Origin: Mobula hypostoma
Taxonomy: Eukaryota
Reading direction: 5' to 3'
NCBI RefSeq assembly: GCF_963921235.1
Contig: NC_086097.1
Coordinates: 180,298,001 to 180,362,000, forward strand
Length of the DNA stretch: 64,000 nucleotides
Below are positions 55,501 through 64,000 of this stretch, piece after piece. The first letter of the stretch is position 1, and the number at the start of each line of letters is the position of its first letter. The notes beneath the pieces were generated by a model. It saw only the letters and a list, made by a program, of their open reading frames with translations, had not been told where the DNA came from and made no database searches. A program made the position numbers and the translations under genes.

Positions 55501-58500
55501 GTAGAGGTTACCTCATTGAGTCAGTAAGATGTGTTATATTTTACTTAGAGCACAGAACAGGCCCTACCGGCCCAAAGAGCAGCACAGCCCAGCAACCCAC
55601 CTATTTAACCCTAGCCTAACCATAGGACAATTTACAATGACCAATTAACCTACTGACCAGTACATCTTTGGATTACGGGAGGAAACAAGAGTACCCAGAG
55701 GAAACCCACACATTTACAGGAAGAACATACAAACTTCTAACGGATGGCACCGGAATTGAACACACCCCAAGCTGTAATAGTGTCACTCTAAATGCTACAC
55801 TATCATGGCACCCCATTTAAGACATAGTTACATAGATTTTTGCACAGCAGGGTTAAGGATTGAGAGGAAAAGGCGGGAGGTGGACCCAAGTCATCACCCT
55901 TAATCTAGATCAGCCATAATCTTACCAATGACGGAGCATGCTCCATGGACCAGATGGCTGACTCCTGCTAGTTCTGATGTAACTGTTCAAGGACACCTAT
56001 CCCACTGTTGCAGGGCTCTTGAATGGATGTTATAAGCTAAAATAAGAACTCTTGCTCTCCTCGCTGTGGCCCTTGCACATTGTCTACCTGCACTGCACTT
56101 TCCCTGTAACTGTAACACTATATTCTGCCTTTTATTTTCCACTTGTACTACCTTGATGTATTTACACATGGAAATGGATGGCACACAAATGTATCTCAGT
56201 ACATGTAACAATAATAAACAAATTACCAATAGCAGTGCATTCCAGACAGCACATCCTGCCGTCACTGGGGGGGCCTGGTGTGAGTATTTACGCAGTGGGG
56301 GAGCCAAGTTCATTGTGCTGCAGGAGACACTAGGGCTGACCAGCTGTGGACAAAGCTGCAAATGATCCCACAGACCAACAAACCTACCTGACAAAGCTTC
56401 CTCAGGAACTGCTTCCTCATGCTGAACCTTCTCCTCCAGTGTCTCGATGCACCAATTGTATCCTTCAACTGCCAAATAGTGCCTGTGTCAGAAAGTAAAA
56501 GAGCACAAACGTCAGCCATTCATCATAGGTAACTGCTTCAAGAGACAGAAGGAACCAGAATTAAATATATTATCACTGACTTAGAATATGTGAAATTTGT
56601 TGTTTGGTGGCAGTAGTACAGCGCAGATGTAAAATCACCATAAATTACAAAGATAGTCCATAAAACCAAATTGTTTATGGACTGTTCAGAAATGTGATGG
56701 AGGAGGGCAAGAAGCCATTTTTGAATTGTTGAGTGTGGGTCAGGCTCCTGTCCTCCTCCGATGATCATAAGGAAAAGAGGACATCTCTTGGATGGTGAGG
56801 GCTCGGAGTCTGGAGGTGATAGGAGAAGGAAACGAGGTGGGTAGTGAGAGTGGCACCACCTCTTGAAGATGTCCTCGCTGATGCGGAGTGTTGTGCTTGT
56901 GATGGAGCTGGCTGAGTCTTCAACCCTCTGAAGCCTCTTATGATCCTGTGCACTGGAGCCAGAATGCCCTCTAATGTACATCTGTAGTAATGTGCAAGGG
57001 TCTTTGGCAACGTATCAAATCTCTCCAAACTCTAAATGAAGTAGAGTTTCTGGTGCCCCCCCCCCCCCCTTTCGGACTGCATCATTGTGTTGGGCCCAGA
57101 ACAGATTTTGGAGATGCTGACACCAAGGAATTTAAAGATGCTCACCCTTTCCACTGCTGACTCTTCCATGAGATCTGACTGCGACTCAATGAGAATGTCT
57201 GACTGAGGGATTAAAATACCAAAAACAGTTGGTGAACTCGAGGGGAACCCTTTCCTCAGGTAAGAAGGGAAGGAGCCTCAGATAAAGTGGGTGTTAAAAC
57301 CTGCTTCAAACAGTCAGGGATGGAAGTCAAGAAGCAATTCCTCATGCAAAGGGAGTGAAAATTTGGGACTCTACCCCCTCACACCCTGATCCCTCCTTCC
57401 AGTAATTTTATTACGGCAGATTCTGTATTTTTCTGGAAGATTCTGAATTTTTCTGCAGCAGATATCATGCCACTTGAATGTGGCTATTTCATAGGCTACC
57501 TCTTATCACAGTAATGTGCTTTATCACTCTAGTAAGCTAATTTTTAGTATAATACACCCATAATTTATTTAGTCTTTTCTTTGTTCATTTTTTCTCCCTT
57601 CCTTAAAGTAGTGCGAGTTGGTTACCATTATTTTCGATTGTTACAAACACCTAATAAACTGCTATAATTACAAGAATTACGCCTCATTTTGACTTTTGAA
57701 GAAACTCTGGATCAATATCACTGGATCCAAAACCCTCTAAACTTTCTTACACATGTACCCTGTCCAAATATTGTTCAAGTGTCATTATTGCCATTATCTT
57801 TGTAGCTAAATTGGAATTGGTTTTTGTTACATGCTTATCTTGCATTCTTTTCATACAGATGAATTAATTACAGTGCATTGAGGTAGAACAAGACCAATTT
57901 CTCTGACAGCTTATTCCACATTCCTACCACCCTCTGGGTGAAGAAGTTGCCCCTTTTAAATTTTTTCAAGATGGAGTCAATAGAAACACAGAAAAGTGAG
58001 ATGGATGAATACTAATAGTTATCAGGGTTCACTGAATCAAAGGGTGCAGAAGGAGATACACCACGTTGATCAAACAGATTTCAGGGACTGAATGGCTTCG
58101 CCCTGTTCTAACTCCAGAGGATGCACCTTCCTCCTGTCCCAAAATTAACTTCAAGTTGACCAACAGCAAGTTCTCACCCCTCTCAGTGGAGCTGCTCGGG
58201 TTGAAGGTTGGAGCAGCAACTGAACCCTCCCCCCCACCCCCTGCCTCAGATAGAATACCTGAGTCACTCTCCAATTCTGAAAGTGCCCCTAGGTCCTGTA
58301 CCTGGTTGCTGAAGGGATTGAGCAGAGGAGCAGGCGTAGGGAGGAAGGGGGACCAGTTCTTCAGCTATATCAAGGGGAGATCTGGCAGCTGCCTCTGTTT
58401 CACACTCACCGGTCAGTGGTGGCATAGATGTTGCACAACTTGAGGGATATCTCAATGAGGGCGTTGTCATCCTAGAGAGACAAAGGAAGAGGGAGGGAGG

Positions 58501-61500
58501 GAGGGTCAGAGGAGAGGGGAGGGAGTGGGAGGGGTAGGTGGGAGAGGATGGGTGGGGAGGTGGAAGAGGGGAAGGGGTAGAGATGAGTGAAGGGTACAGA
58601 GGGGATGAGAAGGTGCAGAAGAGGGAGGCAAGAGACAAATGAAGAGACGAGGAGAAACATAAAGAGATGTGTCAGGACACAAAGTAGCGAGGGCTTTGGG
58701 GGGGATGGTCAGTGGACGACATTCCAGAATGTCTATCCGGCTAGGCCCCAAGCATTTCATCCCCCACAGTCTACAACACACTCTGTAGTTACTCACCTGG
58801 GCTGCTCTGACAGCACCTCCCAAATCCCAGACATCCCCCACACAAGGACGAAGGCAGCAGGCACACGGACACACCACCACTCACAGGTTCCCTCCACATT
58901 CCTGTAACTCCCACCCCACCAGCGCCTGGGAGCATCTTCCTCAAGGGACAGTTTGATGTGGCACCTCCCCCGACCCTCTCCGGGGTATCACTAGGGATGG
59001 ACACCCAAACCCAGCTGTGATTCTTGCCATTGAAGACCTGTTAATCGACGCTTACCTGCTGCATTCCCGACCCAAGTAACTGACTCATTGTTGCTTTGAA
59101 GAGAAGTTCAGCCTGTGAGGGAGAGAATGAAAAGTGAGCTCAAGTTACCAGCGTAGACCCAAGGAGGGGGATGAGATATAAAGATTTAAAGTTACATTTG
59201 TCACATGTGCATGAAAACATTGAAAAATGCGGTGAAAAGCTTTGCCTGCAAACACAACCAACACAGTTTGAGGATGAGCTGGGGGCAGCCCACAAGTGTT
59301 GCCATGCCTCCGACACCAACGTCGCATGCCCACAACTTACTAACCCTCACACTCTTTGGAATGCGGGAGAAAACTAGAGAACCTAGAAGAAAACCACATG
59401 GTCATGAGGAGAATCCACAAACTCTTTACATATAGCAACGGAATTTGAACCCGAGAGCAGGGGGCACTGTAAAGCATTTTGCTAGCTGCTACCCAAAGCT
59501 GTCCAAAGTTCAGGTTCAGTAGTGGTTGGGAAACAGGTGATATCTATATTTGGGAGTCAAGAGGTTTTGGAAGGGTGGGTCAAAGGACTGGAGGAAAAGA
59601 TAAGACCAAGGATCAGGGAGGCTGCCATTGTTGATCTCACTTACGCTAAGGAGATCTCCATGAAGGAAGGCCAGGTTCGCCATCTGCACAGAGTATAAGA
59701 GGGAGCAGCATTAGAATATAATCATGGTCAACAGTACGCAGGTCACAGTTTCTGGGCAACAAACAGTGGAACGTCCCCGCTCTCGTGTATCCAGCCACAA
59801 ACAATCTGCGGGAGAAATTCAGTGGCTTGAGCAGCATCTAAGGAAATGCTGACATAGGATGCATTTTTCAACCAAGTGTCGACAATTCCTTTCCCTCACT
59901 CCCCCTCCCCAAACAGTTGCTGCTTGACACTCAAGTTCCTCCAGCACTCTATGTCTTGCTCCAGATTCCAGCATCCATAGTCTCATCTCCACTTTATTAC
60001 TCCATTGCAAAGTCTCGTTAACATGTCATATGTCCACTCTCAGAGATTTTCGCTTCACTCTGATGGGAATTCTCAGATCCTCTCTCACTACTCTTCCTCT
60101 GTGATCTCTGCTCTCTTCAGCCCTCAGCTCAGCTCGTTATACCATCCATCTCCCATCTACTCTTTCAGCCCAGCTAATGGGTCACAACCCAAAAGGTTAG
60201 CTGTCTGTTTCCTTCTACATATGCTTGTCTGATATGCCAAATTCCTCACCTCTCACTCCTTCACCAACTCGTCTTCCCTCCCCAGATAGAGCTTCCATTC
60301 CACATTGTCTAGGAACTGGTGTCAGGAGTCGGAGTGACCATTGTTGGTGAAGAGCCCTGCCCCTTACCTGGCAGTAGATATAGCTGATGGCCTGATTGTT
60401 CTGTGCCTGCTGGGCCATGTGAAGGGCTTGGTGCAAAATCCGCTCTGCATCCTTCAGCTCTCCCTTGGCTGCACTCAACTACACAGGAAGATACAACGTC
60501 ACTCAACCCATCAAAGAAACAGATTCCCCAGTACCTGTAGGCTCGAGGAGTCACTGCAACCAGAGTAATTGTGCCCCATTGATGTCTGTCAGCCCTGCCT
60601 CTCGTACAGTGTGATGCTCCCTCAGTACAAACCCTCCCACAATGCAACCTTCCCTCAGCTCCACCCTTTAGTGACCCTCCCTCAGTACTGCCCCTTTTTT
60701 ACAAAACTACAGAAGTTCATTTACACAAAAAATACACATTCAGTATTTACAACAGTGAATAAATTCAAATAAAGATATGATTACTACTGTCTATAAAAGT
60801 CAATTCCCTGCCCACCCCCCCCCCCGCTCCCAGAAAACTCCCATTGTGACTGCATACTCCCTCTCCAAGGACAGCCAGGCACGGATGTATCCTTGGAAGA
60901 GGGGCAGGCAGTTAGCCCTGGCTGAAAGTTACTATCTCCACATTAGGGAATTGAACCCTGGTCTCTTGGCATACAGGGTTACTAACAAGAAAGTGTGAGC
61001 TTCTTCATGCAGTGCGACCTCCCTCACTACCAACCATCCCTCAGTGAAATGCACAGCCAAAGAAGAATGACAGATGTCCATCCCATTGTTTGAGAGAACC
61101 TGAAATCTGGCTGAGGTGGGAAATCCCATCTTGACCAGGAGAGGAGGTGCCCGAGCTCATAGGAGAAGCAGACCTTTGCGTGTTTGATGAGGAGTATGAT
61201 CTCATCCTCTGATGCTAACTGTTTCTCACCCCACTGGAAGATGCCGATGGTAGCCAGCAGCGCTAGAGAGGAAACAGAAAGCAGACCATCAGCGAGGAGG
61301 AGACAATGGGAAGGGCAGATCATGAAACAGGAGTACTTAAGGAAATGCATGGGGGGGGGGATGGATGGAGTAGAAAAGGAAAATTAAACCAGGTTGTAAA
61401 CAAAAATGACAGAAGTGGGGCACGGACACACTGGGGGGGAGGGAGGAATTGGGAGAGTAGACTGAGGGAAATGGGCTGGACTAAACTGGATAGATGGTAG

Positions 61501-62239
61501 AAATAAGGGCTGAAGGGGCAGGTGGTGAATAGGTGGGGTTCAGATGGGGAACAGTGGGTGGTAGATAAGGGAATAGGTCAACTGAGCAAATTGGGAGTCA
61601 TTCACATGTGATGTGCTGGTTAGTGCGTCAATTTCCCGCTGCAAGTCCCCCCCCCCCCAGCCCATGTTCAGCTAAGTGGTAGATTTGTTGGGGGGGGGGT
61701 GGCAGTTATGGAATGTAGGAGATGGAATTGCTCCTGTCCAGCATTGACTCAATGGGACAAATGGCCTAGTCCTACGTTGCAAGTGATATGGGCCGGTTAG
61801 CCTAGTCTGAGAGCAGTCTGGAATGCGTCGCCTCCAGCCAGCCCAGTTCGGGTGTAGACTGTCTGGGGGCTGGATTCCAGGGTTTGCTCTGCCAGGTGTG
61901 TAATCCAGAGGGGCCTGTGAAAGGGGGGAGACGGTGGGGCACCTGGTCTGTCTTGAGGTGAGGTGGGGTGGGAAGAGAAGGTAGGCGGGCTGTGCCCGGT
62001 TGGGGGGAGGGGTTCTATCTGGTGGGGGAGGGGCGAGTCTCTCCGAGGCCCTCCCTCTCACCCAGACTCGTTCCACTCCAGGACCCAAGGCTTCTTCTCC
62101 TTGATTGAACATTGGGCCGGGCCAGGCTGCTCCGGAAGCCGGAGGCTGGACGCAGCGGCGCCCGACAAGAGCGACCTGAAGCTGGAATCCAGAACCGGCA
62201 GCCGGAGCGCAGGCCGCGACTTACTGCCGTTCGCAACAT
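40378..62239 (-). CDS. TTC19: Tetratricopeptide repeat protein 19 (mitochondrial complex III quality-control factor) or a paralogue; complete, 10 exons, 368 aa
   Basis: Join (minus): 62239-62062, 61262-61174, 60478-60368, 59683-59645, 59112-59056, 58471-58410, 56482-56388, 49862-49708, 46276-46114, 40535-40378 = 1107 nt, open, all GT-AG. Motifs [60 protein letters not shown]. Acid-free Arg/Ser-rich presequence. Confidence 0.93.
42145..42325 (-). mobile_element. Deu-domain SINE remnant (AmnSINE1/SacSINE1-like)
   Basis: Minus strand reads CTGCACTGTTGGAGG...TAAATCGAGGCC...CTCAGGTGGATGT...CTATTTCTTGAAGGAACAGGG...GTCCCTGGGCTAATA, which resembles my recollection of the DeuSINE core. Confidence 0.55.
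43043..45903 (-). mobile_element. Rex1/Babar-clade LINE (APE endonuclease C-terminal part plus RT), 5'-truncated, inserted in a SINE
   Basis: [18 protein letters not shown] (endonuclease); [43 protein letters not shown] (RT); AATAAA-type tail near 43045-43070. Confidence 0.92.
44859..45120 (-). mobile_element. AT-rich non-LTR 3' fragment (L1/Tx1-like) nested in the Rex1 element
   Basis: Ends on the minus strand with AAACCAATAAAAAGATTGAAAAAGAAAATAAAG and interrupts the Rex1 frame between AYSEA and NHPRSMW. Confidence 0.65.
46114..46276 (-). CDS. TTC19: TTC19-family exon 9 (163 nt)
   Basis: gacag|GCAGTGGTA...GCAG|gtaaag; [54 protein letters not shown]. Confidence 0.94.
49708..49862 (-). CDS. 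TTC19: TTC19-family exon 8 (155 nt)
   Basis: ttcag|CAGAGGAG...CAG|gtgagg; [51 protein letters not shown]. Confidence 0.95.
50040..50290. repeat. C-rich minisatellite, 6 copies of a ~42-bp unit
   Basis: AACCCTGATCCCTTCCCCACCCCCACGACCCACAACCCCACC starting at 50040, 50079, 50121, 50163, 50206 and 50248. Confidence 0.92.
50430..52667 (+). mobile_element. Old CR1 LINE retaining its 5' half (ORF1 plus the APE/pre-RT part of ORF2), degenerate
   Basis: ORF1-like [10 protein letters not shown]...PDNYIRSEC...KELELQL and esterase-like [15 protein letters not shown]2 [41 protein letters not shown]; many stops. Confidence 0.8.
53013..53210 (+). mobile_element. tRNA-derived SINE with TSD
   Basis: A box TGGTGTAGTGG, B box GGTTCCAATC; CAAGTAC duplicated at 53006-53012 and 53211-53217. 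Confidence 0.65.
53225..54105 (-). mobile_element. Old Rex1/Babar-like LINE fragment
   Basis: [21 protein letters not shown]...[10 protein letters not shown]...YTYDC...KFADD. Confidence 0.75.
54450..55230 (+). mobile_element. Old CR1 LINE 3' fragment
   Basis: [13 protein letters not shown]...[25 protein letters not shown]...[17 protein letters not shown]. Confidence 0.75.
56388..56482 (-). CDS. TTC19: TTC19-family exon 7 (95 nt)
   Basis: cacag|GCACTAT...TCAG|gtaggt; [31 protein letters not shown]. Confidence 0.94.
58410..58471 (-). CDS. TTC19: TTC19-family exon 6 (62 nt)
   Basis: tctag|GATGAC...ACCG|gtgagt; [20 protein letters not shown]. Confidence 0.95.
59056..59112 (-). CDS. TTC19: TTC19-family exon 5 (57 nt)
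   Basis: cacag|GCTGAA...CAG|gtaagc; [19 protein letters not shown]. Confidence 0.95.
59645..59683 (-). CDS. TTC19: TTC19-family exon 4 (39 nt)
   Basis: tgcag|ATGGCG...AGC|gtaagt; [13 protein letters not shown]. Confidence 0.94.
60368..60478 (-). CDS. TTC19: TTC19-family exon 3 (111 nt)
   Basis: tgtag|TTGAGT...CAG|gtaagg; [37 protein letters not shown]. Confidence 0.94.
61174..61262 (-). CDS. TTC19: TTC19-family exon 2 (89 nt)
   Basis: ctttctgtttcctctctag|CGCTGCTG...AAG|gtctgc; [29 protein letters not shown]. Confidence 0.9.
62062..62239 (-). CDS. TTC19: TTC19-family exon 1 (mitochondrial presequence, 178 coding nt)
   Basis: ATG at 62239 in a CpG island; [17 protein letters not shown]...SLG|gtgaga; no Asp/Glu in 59 residues; phase 1 matches exon 2. 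Confidence 0.85.
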
Positions 62240-62400
62240 CACGGAGTCACCAGCCGCCCCGCCCGGACACGTGACTGGCAGCTTAAAGGGGCGGCCCCTG
62301 ACAATTAAAGGGTCAGGGAGGGGAGAGGCGCGATGGGAAGAGCTGAAGGGCCGTTCACGTTATCCTTGCGCAATATGCCGTTAATTTGAGGCCAATGATA
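62240..62400 (-). promoter_or_regulatory. CpG-island promoter of the TTC19-family gene
   Basis: GC boxes (CCGCCCCGCCC near 62254, GGGGCGG near 62288), E-box CACGTGAC at 62268-62275, CCAAT at 62392. Confidence 0.65.
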
Positions 62401-64000
62401 GGGCTCGGAGCCTCTTTACCCGATAACAGGGTCATCACAAATAATCCATGACCTCTGGCACCATGGACCAGGGCAGCACGCACAGGGTCTCCATTTCCGC
62501 AGGTTCAAAGTAAATTTATTATCAAAATACGTATATATTACCATATACTACCTTAAAAATAATTTTCTTCCAGGCATTTACAGGAAAGAAAAAGATACAA
62601 TAGAGTTTATGAAAAACTATACGTTTTAAACTGATAGACACTGACAAAGATGTGCAAAAGAAGGCAAACTGCAAGTAAAGAAATACCAAGAACATGAGTT
62701 GTAAAGTGTCCCCGAAAATGAGTCTGTACGTCATGGAATCAGTTCAGAGTTGTGGTGAATTAAGTTATCTACTCTGGTTTAGGAGCCTGATAGTTCTAGG
62801 GTGATTACAGTTCCTGAACCTGAGTTGTGTACCTCCTGTCCATAAGACATAGGAGCAGAATTCTGCCATTTAGCCCATCAAGTCTACTCCACCATTTTAT
62901 TATAGCTGATTTATTTTCCCTCTCAACCTCATTCTCCTGACTCCTACCAATAACATTTGACAATGTTACTAATCAACATAATTTCTAAGTCCACTTTATC
63001 TAGGCTTTTCAATATTTGATATCTTCAATGAGATCCCCTCCTCATTCTTTTAAACTCCAGTGAGTACAGGTCCAGAGCCATCAAATGATCCTTATACATT
63101 AACCCTGCCATTCTTGCGATCATTCTCATGAACCTCTTCTGGACTGTTTCCAAGGCCAGATAAGAGCCCAGAACTGCTCACAATACTCCAAGTGTGGCCT
63201 GACCAATGCCTTATAAAGCCTCACTACAGCCCAGTTGTAGTAGTGAGAAGACAGCATGGCCTGGAAGGTGGGGGTCTTTGATGAGGGGTGCTGCTTTCTT
63301 GTGGCATCACTCCATGTAAATGTACTCAATGGTGGGGAGTGCTTTCCCTGTGATGGACTGGGCTGTATCCACCACTTTCTGTAGACGTTTCCATTCCTGG
63401 CCATGATGCAACTAGTAAAGATACTCTCCACTGTGCAGCTATAAAAGTTTGCCTAGGTTTCCTCACCAAGACATCCACCAGCCATATTTGAAATATTTCA
63501 CCATTCCTGTAGATGTACCGCTGAACGTGCACTGACTGGTTGCATCACTACCTGGTACAGTAGCTCAATGAGAAGCTGCAGAGATTAGTGGACTCTGCCC
63601 ACTACACAGGCACATCACTCTGCACCGTCAGTAGTATTTACAGGAGGTTCTGCCTCAAGAAAGAAACAGTCATCATCACTGATCTCCATCATCCAGGCCT
63701 TCTCACACATGGACAGAAATTTTAAGTCCCACACCACCAGTTTCAAGGACAACTACTTCCTTTCAATCATTTCGTTCTTGAAGCAAAATGCACAACCCTA
63801 ATCACTATCTCAGTATCACAATACTATGACGTCCCTGATCACCCTTTTTTTGTTTTCTTTTAATTGTTCTTTTTCCTTGTAGAAAATGTGTATTATTACT
63901 GTTTTGTCTTTGTTGTGAATGTTGTTTATCTGTTGAAAAACTCACCCAAGTTTTTCATTGCACCTGTGCACACATGTACCTGTATATATGACAATAACGT

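Noticed and set aside
58472..58660. Long purine-rich tract (possible H-DNA) and Pro/Ser-rich ORFs
   Set aside because: It is low-complexity sequence that forms an extended pyrimidine tract before exon 6 on the minus strand; no clear mirror symmetry or coding signal.

Overview
Eukaryotic, repeat-rich vertebrate DNA. The repeat landscape (young CR1 LINEs, GIY-YIG Penelope-like elements, Rex1/Babar LINEs, tRNA-derived and Deu-type SINEs) looks like a cartilaginous fish, probably a ray; this taxon call is inference. Three protein-coding genes are supported. (1) RIOK3 coding exons 1-6 lie on the minus strand (16940 down to 1234; the kinase-domain exons are off the left edge). (2) A 410-aa signal-peptide LRR gene with its ORF in one exon lies on the plus strand (36445-37677). 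It has an LRRNT, 14 LRRs, a degenerate LRRCT and no membrane anchor, and I cannot name it. (3) A complete 10-exon TTC19-family gene lies on the minus strand (62239-40378, 368 aa), in a neighbourhood unlike the ZSWIM7/NCOR1 context known from mammals. Main points of interest: minimal hammerhead-ribozyme motifs in the Penelope-like elements, one of which sits in the RIOK3 promoter with a 13-bp TSD; three near-identical CR1 copies forming competing inverted repeats around the frame-shifting RIOK3 exon 2; a 1.65-kb palindromic Penelope insertion just upstream of the LRR exon acceptor; a non-autonomous Gypsy element with PNMA-like gag; and a SINE>Rex1>L1 nest whose SINE tail abuts a TTC19 splice donor. 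Exon coordinates were read base by base. Repeat boundaries are approximate, and homology calls are from memory, not database searches.
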